From an uncultured virus (IMG/VR IMGVR_UViG_3300042914_003776) (Duplodnaviria; Heunggongvirae; Uroviricota; Caudoviricetes), in IMG/VR virus record IMGVR_UViG_3300042914_003776, positions 1 through 64,000 of that record: 64,000 nt of DNA; one strand, 5' to 3'. Of the stretch, positions 10,594 to 20,633 are shown one piece after another (position 1 is the first letter of the stretch; every line of letters starts with the position of its first letter). A model generated the notes under the pieces. It had not been told where the DNA came from. It did not search any database and saw nothing but the letters and a program-made list of their open reading frames with translations. The translations under genes and the position numbers were made by a program.

Positions 10594-10786
10594 ATTGAAT
10601 GTTAATTAATTAAATTATTTTTTAATAATCAACTTAACTCGATCATTGATACTAACAGTGATTTCATCTTCTGTTACTTCTATAGTATCAAGAATGAATT
10701 TGATTTTGTCAACATGATCTTTAGAAAATCCCATCATTTGCAAAATTTTATCCATTACTCCGTCCATCATTCCGCCATAATTTTTT

Positions 10787-11086
10787 TCACTCATGTTCTT
10801 TATCCATTTTTTTAATGATATAAGTGACGTTTTGGTTTAAATGGTCCAGTATAGCATTGTTCTTAGCAATGTTAACATGGACAGATTCTAGCTTGGTTTC
10901 AAAAGCATTGATTTTTGTTTCAAGAGACTGTAGTCTAATAGAAACTGAATCATTTACTTTTTGTTCCAGTAGGGACAATTTACTGCTATGATCAATAACT
11001 GTTTTTAGTAACCAAATTGTAAAAGGAATTAATATAATAGCTACAATTTGCAAAATAAAATTTATTATATCCCAGCTCCATATCAT
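10787..11086 (-). CDS. membrane-anchored coiled-coil protein
   Basis: N-terminal TM helix followed by heptads. Confidence 0.55.
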   Translation of the reverse strand: MIWSWDIINFILQIVAIILIPFTIWLLKTVIDHSSKLSLLEQKVNDSVSIRLQSLETKINAFETKLESVHVNIAKNNAILDHLNQNVTYIIKKMDKEHE

Positions 11087-11142
11087 AGTAATACCCCTTC
11101 ATAAAAAGGGGGCGTTTCCGCCCCCAGATTGTGTGATCAATC

Positions 11143-11838
11143 TTACATACCGGTAATCGGTTTGTAATTGAAGAAGTTGCCACCTGCAATGGTCTTAGTT
11201 ACAAAATCAACTTGCATAACGAATTCGCCCGGAACTGCTCTTGTTGGTGTTGCTGCATCATCAACAGCTTTATCCGTTGTATTCTTGTCAGTCAAGTCAA
11301 ACATGTTAACATTGGTTAGGGTTGATGGAGCAGAGCCACCCACCGTATTACGGCTACCGCTGGTGAGCCATAGTCTACGAGACTTGATTTTATTGCCATT
11401 ATCCAAGGTGCCAGTCCATGTGAATAGATTAGCTCTCCATGCTGTCAATAGTCTAGCGCCAAATCCATGAACAAAATCCAAGATTGGCTTTCTTCTTGAT
11501 CCTTGGCTCATGAATAGCAAATTAGTTTTCGCTACGCCAGCTAGGCTAGTAGCAATTCTACTGATTACCCATGTTCTATTTTTTGCTGCATTATAAGCAA
11601 AAGCACCGCCAGACAAGATTTTTCTAGCGTTGTAGGTTCTACCAGTAGCGGTTATTTCTTTTGGACTTGCGTCGTAGCCAAAAAGAGCATTGTCTTCGAG
11701 GGCGTCTACTAGGCTAAAAGCCTTGGTGATAACGGCATTTGTTGTGCCATTACCCAGAATTACACCGCCGTAAGTTTGTTTAACAAATGTAGCATTAGCT
11801 GTGGTCTTTAAATGACCTCTTTTGCCGGGAACTGCCAT
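11143..11838 (-). CDS. putative virion structural protein
   Basis: A/T/G-rich 231 aa, preceded by GTGTATTTATAC motif and GGAG, followed by terminator at 11103-11125. Confidence 0.45.
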   Translation of the reverse strand: MAVPGKRGHLKTTANATFVKQTYGGVILGNGTTNAVITKAFSLVDALEDNALFGYDASPKEITATGRTYNARKILSGGAFAYNAAKNRTWVISRIATSLAGVAKTNLLFMSQGSRRKPILDFVHGFGARLLTAWRANLFTWTGTLDNGNKIKSRRLWLTSGSRNTVGGSAPSTLTNVNMFDLTDKNTTDKAVDDAATPTRAVPGEFVMQVDFVTKTIAGGNFFNYKPITGM

Positions 11839-11919
11839 GATAATATCTCCAAATAGATATTCTATCCTAAATTATCCTAAAAATTTATATCCTGTTATCC
11901 AAGTATAAATACACAAATA

Positions 11920-12384
11920 TTAGGAAGTAATTTGATAGTAGGAGGCTATTTTCTGCTTGATTTTATTTAGCCTATTTTTCATAGATTGTCGGGATATATT
12001 ATTCTTGTCTGCAATTTCTTGCACGGAATAATTATATATGTATTTTTGTTCAAATAGCTCTTTTTCCGGCTGGGTTAGGCAATCTAGCATATCTATGATT
12101 CCTGTATACTGCCTAGAATCAGCCACATCTTTCATTGGCTTAATGGCCTTAATTTTTTGTGATCTAATGTATAAAAGGATTTTAAACTTTAGACAATTAC
12201 CAAGAAAAGTCGTAAACTTCATTTTGCTGGGATGATTGGGATCGTATTTTTCACAAGCTTCCCAAGCAGCCTCTAGTTTAAATGATTTAATTTCATCTTT
12301 ACTAATGAATGCTTTATACCGTTTTGCAATAGAGGTCATTATACTAACACAATCTTCATCTTTCAATACTTCTTCAAATTTCAT
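11920..12384 (-). CDS. sigma-70 family (ECF-like) phage sigma factor
   Basis: AAWEACEKYDP...KFTTFL (region 2); YSVQEIADKNNISRQSMKNRLNKIK (region 4 HTH). Confidence 0.85.
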   Translation of the reverse strand: MKFEEVLKDEDCVSIMTSIAKRYKAFISKDEIKSFKLEAAWEACEKYDPNHPSKMKFTTFLGNCLKFKILLYIRSQKIKAIKPMKDVADSRQYTGIIDMLDCLTQPEKELFEQKYIYNYSVQEIADKNNISRQSMKNRLNKIKQKIASYYQITS

Positions 12385-12386
12385 TT

Positions 12387-13040
12387 TTATTCCTCGTTTT
12401 TACCTTTTAATAAATAGCCGCCATGATCTTTTTTAATTTTCTCGAAAGAAAATGTATTCAATTCAAAATCTTCTAGTGAGTCTGTGTGATAAGAATAAAT
12501 GTTATTATTGGAATCTACAAAAATAGACCAATATTTATTTACATTTATATTTTGTTTAATCTTTTCTACCTCCTCCAAAATATCGTCTGGTAAATTTTCA
12601 ATTAGCTCCTCCTCCTTCGCAGAACACAATAATCTTCCTATCTCGGCTGCAACATGCTTAAAGTTAAACATCTTTCCTACGCCAATACAAAAAGAATATC
12701 TATCCATGATTTTTATAGCAGATATGCCCTCTACATTTACCAAAAGCGAGACTATATCTGTAGTTAGTCTAAAATTAGTGTGGGCTATCCAGCAATCCCA
12801 TCTTTGAGCCGGGCGAAAATAGCTTTCTGGATCATAATTTCCAAAAGGTGTTGTAACAAAAGATGGGTTCATTTGAGGAAAAGCAATTAATTCTTGTTTA
12901 TCTAATGACAAGGAATCGTCGTCTTCGTCAGAAACAAGCTCAATCTTGTTTTTATTTTTGTGTTTTTGACAAAGCTCATCTTCCACAACATTCCAGCTTT
13001 CCCAACTAATCTTATTCATCGCTATCTCCATTGTCATCAA
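12387..13040 (-). CDS. hypothetical protein
   Basis: 217 aa ORF in operon. Confidence 0.6.
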   Translation of the reverse strand: MMTMEIAMNKISWESWNVVEDELCQKHKNKNKIELVSDEDDDSLSLDKQELIAFPQMNPSFVTTPFGNYDPESYFRPAQRWDCWIAHTNFRLTTDIVSLLVNVEGISAIKIMDRYSFCIGVGKMFNFKHVAAEIGRLLCSAKEEELIENLPDDILEEVEKIKQNINVNKYWSIFVDSNNNIYSYHTDSLEDFELNTFSFEKIKKDHGGYLLKGKNEE

Positions 13041-13353
13041 ATAAAGGAGAAATATAATCCCTATTGCCCGGATTAATTTCTGTACTTAATTCTATTACCT
13101 GCATAATCTCACTAATTTTACTTGCATCATCTGGATTATTTTCTATGTATTCTAAATAAGCTGATTGTAAGCTTTGCATGATGATTTGAGTATATTTTAT
13201 TGCCATTAGTAGCTGTGCCAGCGTGACCACATCATCGTCATCCCTCCAGCCGAAGTCGTGCATTACGTTATCATCTTCGTCGATATAAAATAGAGACCAG
13301 CATTTAGTCTTATCGAATCGACGGCTGTCCGAACTTGAAGAAGAGTTCTCCAT
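13012..13353 (-). CDS. hypothetical acidic protein
   Basis: 113 aa ORF. Confidence 0.55.
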   Translation of the reverse strand: MENSSSSSDSRRFDKTKCWSLFYIDEDDNVMHDFGWRDDDDVVTLAQLLMAIKYTQIIMQSLQSAYLEYIENNPDDASKISEIMQVIELSTEINPGNRDYISPLFDDNGDSDE

Positions 13354-13702
13354 AGTATTCCTCTAGTAAAATATTTTTTTCTTGAATTTGGTCCAGTGTA
13401 TATAGTGACCCGTTCTGAATAGAGTCTGACATATACTTTATCGTTGTCAAGTAAGAAATCTCACATTTGTCGTGATCCAAAACCCTAAATCCGCATAGTA
13501 TTTTTGGATAAAAATTAAAATCATATTTTATGTAAGATTCATGAATTTGTCTTAATATATCATATTCATTCTTTTCAAATTTATCTACCGTAATAGATGG
13601 TATCTCATTATCTTTTGTAAAGAATAAATATAAGTACTTTTGATCATTTGCTTTTCTATTTTTATCAATAGCAGCAACTAGGTAAGATATTTTTATTTGC
13701 AT
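13310..13702 (-). CDS. hypothetical protein
   Basis: 130 aa ORF. Confidence 0.55.
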   Translation of the reverse strand: MQIKISYLVAAIDKNRKANDQKYLYLFFTKDNEIPSITVDKFEKNEYDILRQIHESYIKYDFNFYPKILCGFRVLDHDKCEISYLTTIKYMSDSIQNGSLYTLDQIQEKNILLEEYYGELFFKFGQPSIR

Positions 13703-13733
13703 TTTAAATAGGGCCTATTTCTAGGCCCTCAAA

Positions 13734-14204
13734 TTATCGTGATAGATTCCAAGAGAGACCAACTAGGCATTGTTTCAGGCTATCTATTTCATCTTTTGAT
13801 AAAATATGATCCTCGTCACCCATAATGCCCTCTAGAAGTTTTTTCATTTCATCCGATAAACCTGTATACTTACCGGCCAAAGAATCTTTAAATTGTTCTT
13901 TGACAGAATTAGCGTATAAATCTACCAACTGCTGACTTGTTATATTAGCCCCAAGATATTTGTCTAACCTGCTGGCAAACTGATCATTCAGCAGAGATAA
14001 ATATAATCTGTCGTTTTTATCGGTAATTAAAGATGATACCGCTTTGGTTTTTTCAATTATATCATCTGAAGGTTTTTCTTCAACCACGATTGCATTGTTT
14101 TGGCTATTTTTTATAACAGAGCTAAAATTGTTATATATTTTTTCACCAAATAATGCCAGAAATATAATTCCTACACCAATAATAGCTCTATACTGCTGGT
14201 TCAT
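13734..14204 (-). CDS. membrane-anchored protein
   Basis: N-terminal TM helix. Confidence 0.6.
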   Translation of the reverse strand: MNQQYRAIIGVGIIFLALFGEKIYNNFSSVIKNSQNNAIVVEEKPSDDIIEKTKAVSSLITDKNDRLYLSLLNDQFASRLDKYLGANITSQQLVDLYANSVKEQFKDSLAGKYTGLSDEMKKLLEGIMGDEDHILSKDEIDSLKQCLVGLSWNLSR

Positions 14205-14484
14205 CTGGTTTATCCTTTTTTACTAGAAGTGGAAAAATTTCCTCTAGTTTTTTTTCAGCTTCCGATAGATTATTTTGTTTACATATATTTTTTAATTTTT
14301 CCCAACTAGAGACAATATCAGATAAGCTATCTTTTTTAGTACTATTGTCTAGTTCTATTACTTCATCAGAATTAGCCAAATTTTCTTTAACTGTATTTTG
14401 ATTAAGCAATTTCTTAAAATCTATAAAATTGCTTGCGATAAATAAAGCCCCAAGAGCAATCGCTATGATTTGAATCCAAGACAT
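14188..14484 (-). CDS. membrane-anchored protein
   Basis: N-terminal TM helix. Confidence 0.6.
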   Translation of the reverse strand: MSWIQIIAIALGALFIASNFIDFKKLLNQNTVKENLANSDEVIELDNSTKKDSLSDIVSSWEKLKNICKQNNLSEAEKKLEEIFPLLVKKDKPDEPAV

Positions 14485-14491
14485 ATTTCAC

Positions 14492-14668
14492 CTATTCTGT
14501 TTTACGTAAAGAGTCGCCAACGATCCAAGCGGATAGTGTTACCACTGCAAATTCTACTTGTTCTTGTGAAAGTTTGAATCCAAGCCCCTCATTTCCGATG
14601 GCTACAACCAATGCTGCAACAGCAGCCCAAAAACGTCTAGATTGCAATAATTGTTGTGTCTTAATCAT
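14492..14668 (-). CDS. small two-TM holin-like protein (not in ORF track)
   Basis: MIKTQQLLQSRRFWAAVAALVVAIG...FAVVTLSAWIVGDSLRKTE, 58 aa. Confidence 0.6.
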   Translation of the reverse strand: MIKTQQLLQSRRFWAAVAALVVAIGNEGLGFKLSQEQVEFAVVTLSAWIVGDSLRKTE

Positions 14669-14996
14669 TTGTCTTTACCTCTTTAAAAAGTTTATTAGCC
14701 TCGTCAGATGACACATTCCATCTAACAAGCTCTCTGTATAAGTCCGAAGGCTTAATATCCGTGCCCAAACAAGCTTTTCCAACGTGTCTTCTTAATATAA
14801 TTTTTTCAAGCAAATTAGGTTTTTGAAGCGTAGCTACTCTTTCTTCGCTAGAATTTTTGCATTCATAGATTAAGCGAACTACATTTAAAATAAGTCCGGC
14901 AATCATAATCAGTGTTAACGGATCAAAAGAATATCCGTAGTTATTGGTTAGTTTAGCCGATATCTTATTAGCTATAGAATTACTTTTATTTTGCAT
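14661..14996 (-). CDS. membrane protein
   Basis: FDPLTLIMIAGLILNVV TM segment. Confidence 0.55.
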   Translation of the reverse strand: MQNKSNSIANKISAKLTNNYGYSFDPLTLIMIAGLILNVVRLIYECKNSSEERVATLQKPNLLEKIILRRHVGKACLGTDIKPSDLYRELVRWNVSSDEANKLFKEVKTND

Positions 14997-15510
14997 TTTT
15001 TACTATCTCTTTAAAAGATTCCTTAGACATAAAACCCGTATATGTATATTGTTTATTATTTATCCATACTTCAAACCAAGGCGCTATTGTTTGTGATCCA
15101 ACTTCTACTACGCTCCAGCCAGAAGCTTCTACCCAAGGTTTAATTTCATTTTTCCATCTTTGGCAAGGAGCACAGCCGGGCAATGTATAAAAATTAATTA
15201 TTCCGTTTTTTTGTTCGTCGGAATACATTGTTGTTAGCTTAGTACACTTGCAATTTTCCCCACATGGACACGGTGTTCTATGGCCGTCTCCATGAATAAT
15301 ATATTTATTACCCCCACATTCACAATCTTTTTTCTCGTCTGGTAACAAATTTTCTAAAACTTTTTTCTCTGCTGCGTCAATAGATAGGTTTATTTCTATT
15401 TTCTTTTTTTCAATATCTTCCGGCAAGGCGGCGCTTCTGGTTTTTGGTATAAAATTAATTACTGCCGCTAATGCCAAAATTGCAAATATTATTTTATCTT
15501 CATTTTTCAT
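14986..15510 (-). CDS. exported thioredoxin-like protein with Cys-rich linker
   Basis: Signal/TM, CECGG...GDGHRTPCPC, FYTLPGCAPCQRWK. Confidence 0.7.
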   Translation of the reverse strand: MKNEDKIIFAILALAAVINFIPKTRSAALPEDIEKKKIEINLSIDAAEKKVLENLLPDEKKDCECGGNKYIIHGDGHRTPCPCGENCKCTKLTTMYSDEQKNGIINFYTLPGCAPCQRWKNEIKPWVEASGWSVVEVGSQTIAPWFEVWINNKQYTYTGFMSKESFKEIVKNAK

Positions 15511-15511
15511 A

Positions 15512-16432
15512 TTATAATACCTCGTCTAAGGACCATTTGATCTTTTGTGCAGGAAAACCGTCTACGCTACTCAATGCCCAAGTGCTTCCGACTTCTATGA
15601 TATCCTCGGCAACTGATTGTCTCACCCAAAAAGAACCGTCTGGCTGATTAAATCTTTTCGGCCCACTGTTCCAAGGTCCCCAGCTATTTTGTATTAAAAA
15701 TAATGTTTCATTGAAAATTTCTCTGGTATCGTCCATAGCTATCCAAGCCATTGCATGGGCCCAATTACCAGACCTTTGTGCTATTCCATTTTTATCTCTT
15801 TTTTCAGAAAAGCCTAAATTACTGCATGCAAAAATACCATAGCCATTAAATAAGGCATCTCTTGCTTCATCTATGCTCCTGATATTAGATGCGGTTTTTA
15901 CCTGATTTTTCTTTGCTTCTTCTACTAGCGCTCTAGGTGTTCCGGATCGGCCCCAAGAAGCTGCCATTCTACCATTATAAACCGAAAGATCATGAGATCC
16001 ATATTTTTTTCTTAATAAGATGCCACCGTCTTGCGTTAAGAATCTGACCGCTCTTTCGCATGTCATTCCTTGGCCCGTGTGTCCACGAACGCCATAAATG
16101 CCCTCCGTGGCAGAACGAACTATAAAAGACTCTTTATCGCCATTGATAATTTCGGTCGATCTTGTGGTATCTACGGCGTTTCTAGCGGCGTGACTTACAC
16201 AATCCCCGGTGGTCTGTCTTTCATTAAATGCTTTTGGGTCAAATTTTAATAAATTTTTGAATAATAAAGCTGTTTTACCCTTGCCAGAGCCAGCTATGGA
16301 CTGAGCCGCAAGTCCAAAGTAAGGATATTTAGACTCGGCCAATAATCTTTCTTGCCCCTCTTTATCACAAACAGAACCAATAAAACCATTTTTGTATGCG
16401 TTTAAAAGCTGAAGAGGGGTATTAAAGATCAT
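15512..16432 (-). CDS. papain-like (C1) cysteine peptidase
   Basis: QTTGDCVSHA, WAHAM, IQNSWG catalytic motifs. Confidence 0.88.
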   Translation of the reverse strand: MIFNTPLQLLNAYKNGFIGSVCDKEGQERLLAESKYPYFGLAAQSIAGSGKGKTALLFKNLLKFDPKAFNERQTTGDCVSHAARNAVDTTRSTEIINGDKESFIVRSATEGIYGVRGHTGQGMTCERAVRFLTQDGGILLRKKYGSHDLSVYNGRMAASWGRSGTPRALVEEAKKNQVKTASNIRSIDEARDALFNGYGIFACSNLGFSEKRDKNGIAQRSGNWAHAMAWIAMDDTREIFNETLFLIQNSWGPWNSGPKRFNQPDGSFWVRQSVAEDIIEVGSTWALSSVDGFPAQKIKWSLDEVL

Positions 16433-16433
16433 A

Positions 16434-17480
16434 TTAGTCTCCTATTTTATCCAGTATGGATTTCGCGGTATTTTTCCACGTAAATTTTTGAGAGGTATTA
16501 ATGCCGGAATCATTATTTAAAAATCCTGCTGACTGTTTAATCTTGTGAACTTCTTTCATGTGATGTATTACGGCTTCTTTTTGTTTTTCTGTGATCTTAG
16601 CCCATAAGCCTTGACCATGAAACCAAATGCCATCTTGAGCTAATTCTAAGCTATCTATTTCGATTAGCCTAGCATTATTTTTATCACAAAATTCAGTATG
16701 GGCAGAATAATTTGTGGTTATAACTTGCTTTCCGCATGCTAGAACCTCTAATAATTCTAAATTCCAGCCTTCGGCCCTAGCTGGAAACACCCCGCAGTCA
16801 ATTTGTCGCATTATATTATACACATTTTTTTGGGTGGCTTGTCTTGGTATAATCTTGATTTTATTTGATAAATGCGAGCTTTTGCATAAATTAACCCAAG
16901 ATTCTCCCCTATCCATAAGGAAAGGATTATCGCACATAAGCCACAATTCTACGTTATCTTTTTGTGTAAATGCCCTGTTAAAGCATTCTATCAGAATATC
17001 ATGACCCTTACGTTTTTCCCATTTTCCGCAGTTAAAAAAGATAGTTTCTGGCCTAGATATATTATTTAATCCATTAAATATAACATTATCTACGCCCAAA
17101 GGTATTACAGAGGTTGGCACACTAACATGCTGATGAACTATATCTTGAGCCCACTTACTAGTGGTAAAAATATGGTCGCAATGATTTAAGCTGGCGACTT
17201 CTTGCTGGGTAAAATGGGTTAATTCAAAAATGGGAAATCCTACGCGCCTTCCTTTTGTTATCCAAGTTGTTAGTTCGTGCTGGTGCCATATTTTAATTTC
17301 TGTATCTTTACTATTAATTTTTTTATTTATCCAAAATAAACTTTTGATATCCTCTGACAAATCTTTATCTGGGGAGCTTATAGGATACAAGCATACATCT
17401 GTTAGTAAGCTAAGCTCTTTCGAGATATGGTATCCAGTATAGCCATACCCGGTAGTATTTATTGGGGCTTGAATAATCAT
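16434..17480 (-). CDS. glycosyltransferase family 4
   Basis: GKWEKRKGHD, FPARAEGWNLELLEVLACG. Confidence 0.92.
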   Translation of the reverse strand: MIIQAPINTTGYGYTGYHISKELSLLTDVCLYPISSPDKDLSEDIKSLFWINKKINSKDTEIKIWHQHELTTWITKGRRVGFPIFELTHFTQQEVASLNHCDHIFTTSKWAQDIVHQHVSVPTSVIPLGVDNVIFNGLNNISRPETIFFNCGKWEKRKGHDILIECFNRAFTQKDNVELWLMCDNPFLMDRGESWVNLCKSSHLSNKIKIIPRQATQKNVYNIMRQIDCGVFPARAEGWNLELLEVLACGKQVITTNYSAHTEFCDKNNARLIEIDSLELAQDGIWFHGQGLWAKITEKQKEAVIHHMKEVHKIKQSAGFLNNDSGINTSQKFTWKNTAKSILDKIGD

Positions 17481-18292
17481 TTAACTTCCTCTTGTGCTTT
17501 TAAAAATTCTGGTATGTATTTTTTATCTTCTCCAAAAAAATGTACAGCCATGTCTATTTTAGTTTTTAGGACATTTTCGCCATTTTGTTTAATTAAATCA
17601 AAACTAGCCGCGATTTCTATAGGTGGATGTACTATAATTTTTGTTATATTAACAAAAGAATCATAAATACATTCATCGCATATAAATTCATATCTTTGTT
17701 TACCGTATATTTCTTCATGTTTCAGTAATAATTCTTTGATATGATTATCATCCCTTATGTCCAATCTGTAATCTTTGCAAAAGTTTTCTAGGCTATTTCT
17801 TACTCCTTCTGTCATTTTGATTAGTCCTGCGTTTGTATCATAAAGATATAGATCATTTAAATTCATAATCTTTTGTAAAAAATCTGTTTTTCTTTTAACG
17901 TGAAAAAAAGATATCTCATTTTCTCTATTCAATAAGTTATGCATTATGTGACAATCATTTTTCATTAACTCAAATATATTTTTTGATTTATCTAAAATTA
18001 AATCTAAATCTACCCACATAATTTCGTCATAATCTTTTGTAGTTAAAAAACCATAAACACTACATAAAGTCGCGGGGGCCCATATACATGGATAATAATG
18101 TCCATAAGATCTTATCTTGTTGTAAATAGTATTAAATGGGGTAGAGTTGTCGATTACTGATAGATCGCAATTAATGTATTCACAATATCTATCTAAATTA
18201 TTAAGAGATCTTATTTGCCATCTAGACAGTCCTTTAAAATATGGAGTATATCCATTTGAGAAACATCCAGTAATTATAATTCTTTTTGTCAT
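17477..18292 (-). CDS. putative GT-A fold glycosyltransferase
   Basis: IMWVDLD (DxD), NAGLI, late HF motif. Confidence 0.6.
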   Translation of the reverse strand: MTKRIIITGCFSNGYTPYFKGLSRWQIRSLNNLDRYCEYINCDLSVIDNSTPFNTIYNKIRSYGHYYPCIWAPATLCSVYGFLTTKDYDEIMWVDLDLILDKSKNIFELMKNDCHIMHNLLNRENEISFFHVKRKTDFLQKIMNLNDLYLYDTNAGLIKMTEGVRNSLENFCKDYRLDIRDDNHIKELLLKHEEIYGKQRYEFICDECIYDSFVNITKIIVHPPIEIAASFDLIKQNGENVLKTKIDMAVHFFGEDKKYIPEFLKAQEEVK

Positions 18293-19221
18293 AATATATT
18301 CTTTAATTTAGTAATAAAATCATATACAAAGTATTCTCCTGTCAAAAAATACTTATCCATGTTTTTTATATATTCATGTGCTTCTATTATTTTGTTTATA
18401 TTTAATAAATCTTCCGGGCCATTGTAATATAGAGGATAATCATTCCCTAAATATTCAACGGTCGCATCGAGTTTATTGGTTAAAATAGGTGTGTTTCTTA
18501 TCATTGGCTCTATTATACCATTATTAGCCGAAGTAGCCCAAAGGCAAGCATATACTAATGTTTTACTTAGATGTTCGTCATACTGATTATTTTCAAGTCG
18601 GCTAGGGGCATGTACCTCGTAATCTTTTCCGGTAAAACAGCTTAACCTATTCCATATCTTATTGTATTCCTCAACAAAGCCCGGCAGACAATATGTTTCG
18701 TAATTAAGGTTATTATTTTTTATAAAGCTACATATATTGCTAAATTCTTCAAAGTTTCTTAACCAATATCCCAATTGCGAAATAGATGGAGACTTTAAAA
18801 ATTCAAAGGGGCTCCAAGTTTTGTGCACTTTTTCAGTTGGATGCTTTACAGAAAATGTCGGAATTTTAAGTCCCCATATTTTTAACAAATTATTTACATC
18901 TTTTAATAAAGAATTAGATAAGGTTATCAGACATAAACATTTTTCTAAAGATTTATAAAAGTTGGGCTGACTAAATAAAAAATGCAATGAATTTTTTTTA
19001 TCAAACTCGGGCTTATCATGAACTGGCACATGAATAATTCCAATCCAAGGAAAATTATAATAAGAGTTATCCGTTTTCCTGCCCCATATAAACTTTCTTT
19101 CTACAAAATCATCTAAAAATATTCCATTATTAGAATGGAATGGTTTTAAACAATTTATAACATAGCTCCAGCCAGACCTGTGCATGCTAAAGCCTTCGCA
19201 TTTAGATAAGTTTAGTCTCAT
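18289..19221 (-). CDS. putative glycosyltransferase-like protein
   Basis: HRSGW N-terminus, LGYWLRN, SANNGIIE...NTPIL...VEYLGNDYPLY. Confidence 0.55.
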   Translation of the reverse strand: MRLNLSKCEGFSMHRSGWSYVINCLKPFHSNNGIFLDDFVERKFIWGRKTDNSYYNFPWIGIIHVPVHDKPEFDKKNSLHFLFSQPNFYKSLEKCLCLITLSNSLLKDVNNLLKIWGLKIPTFSVKHPTEKVHKTWSPFEFLKSPSISQLGYWLRNFEEFSNICSFIKNNNLNYETYCLPGFVEEYNKIWNRLSCFTGKDYEVHAPSRLENNQYDEHLSKTLVYACLWATSANNGIIEPMIRNTPILTNKLDATVEYLGNDYPLYYNGPEDLLNINKIIEAHEYIKNMDKYFLTGEYFVYDFITKLKNIL

Positions 19222-20027
19222 CCTATCTTTTCGCCTATAAAAGATTCATAACATCCAGCATCATATATCCATTTAAAAAAATTAATTCTTTTTTTGTAAT
19301 CTTCGTCTTTAAATTTACAGCCAAACAAAAGCATGTCTGGATTATCGCTCCATTTTTCTTGATTAAAATAGCCCAAATCATAAAACCATTTTGAAAAAAA
19401 TTTATCATCAAAGTCTGATAGCGGTATGTACTCAAATATATTTAATCTTCTAGACCAAATTAATTGATTATTTTTATTTATTAAAGATGGTGCCATTGCA
19501 GACATTGTTCTTGGCGTTAACACCGGCTTAAATCCACCATTAGAATTATAGTAATAACCATTAAAAATACAGCCATAAATTAGAGGCTGGTGAATTTCAT
19601 CAGTTAGCTCCATTAATGAATTTTTATTCCATTCTCCCCCAATCTTTCTGGCATGATATATGCTAGCTAATTCATTATTAAACTCACTACTTTTTGTATT
19701 GTTGTAAACACACGAATGATCGCCCAAAAACCCATAGGCCGACCTATATAAATTATTCAAAGACATAACTCTTGCTAAATAATCGTCTGGTATAAGATTG
19801 TTTTCGCATAAAAATCCTACCAATAAAGATTTGGTTGAAGATGGAACTTCATTTAAATCTAGTTTTTTAATGTTTATCTTTACCCCAAGCTCCTTAGCCT
19901 GATTTTCAAGAGATTCTGAGCATGGTCTATAGGCAATACCTCGGTCGTCTTTGCTTGATGTAGAAAAAATACCGGGCACTTTTGTTTCATTATTTATTAT
20001 AAAAAAGTCTATCATACTAGCTTCCAA
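19218..20027 (-). CDS. hypothetical protein in glycosylation cluster
   Basis: 269 aa ORF. Confidence 0.55.
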   Translation of the reverse strand: MEASMIDFFIINNETKVPGIFSTSSKDDRGIAYRPCSESLENQAKELGVKINIKKLDLNEVPSSTKSLLVGFLCENNLIPDDYLARVMSLNNLYRSAYGFLGDHSCVYNNTKSSEFNNELASIYHARKIGGEWNKNSLMELTDEIHQPLIYGCIFNGYYYNSNGGFKPVLTPRTMSAMAPSLINKNNQLIWSRRLNIFEYIPLSDFDDKFFSKWFYDLGYFNQEKWSDNPDMLLFGCKFKDEDYKKRINFFKWIYDAGCYESFIGEKIG

Positions 20028-20563
20028 GAGTTTCCATAGTTTTTAATGGTTAAATTTTTGTTTAAAGCAAATTCGTCTACGGCCTGCTTAACGCTTTCCC
20101 ATCCGTAGTCGTGACCAGCAATAGTTCCGCTAACTTTAATCTTTGTAAACCAGATATTTAAGTCTTGCTTTACAGATTCATAGTCGTGGGACGCATCGAT
20201 ATAAACAAAGTCTATTGTTTTATCTTCAAAAAATCCTGCCGAATGCTCTGATGGCTGTGGAATAATATAAAAATAATTATGATATTCTTTTGTATTTTCT
20301 AGAAAAATTTTAAAAAGATTTTTTATGGTTGGATCGTCTTGATGCTCCCAAGAACCTTTAAAGTGATCAACGGCTACAAATTTTATTTTCTTATTATGTT
20401 TTTCAATAATCTCACACATCGCAACGGTACTTCGTCCTTTAAAACATCCAATTTCTACAAATATTGATGAATCATTTGCAGAGGCCACTATTTCTTCATA
20501 AAGATTAACATCGTTATGGTCAAACCAGCCCTCGATTGATTCGTATTTCATATTGTCTCCCAT
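20012..20563 (-). CDS. class I SAM-dependent methyltransferase (Methyltransf_24-like)
   Basis: VEIGCFKGRS, DFVYIDASHDYESVKQD, GHDY. Confidence 0.9.
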   Translation of the reverse strand: MGDNMKYESIEGWFDHNDVNLYEEIVASANDSSIFVEIGCFKGRSTVAMCEIIEKHNKKIKFVAVDHFKGSWEHQDDPTIKNLFKIFLENTKEYHNYFYIIPQPSEHSAGFFEDKTIDFVYIDASHDYESVKQDLNIWFTKIKVSGTIAGHDYGWESVKQAVDEFALNKNLTIKNYGNSWKLV

Positions 20564-20633
20564 ATTTATAAAAATTCCTCCATCATATTATATACAACGG
20601 AGGAATAAAATGTATAGCTATATATAAAAAATA

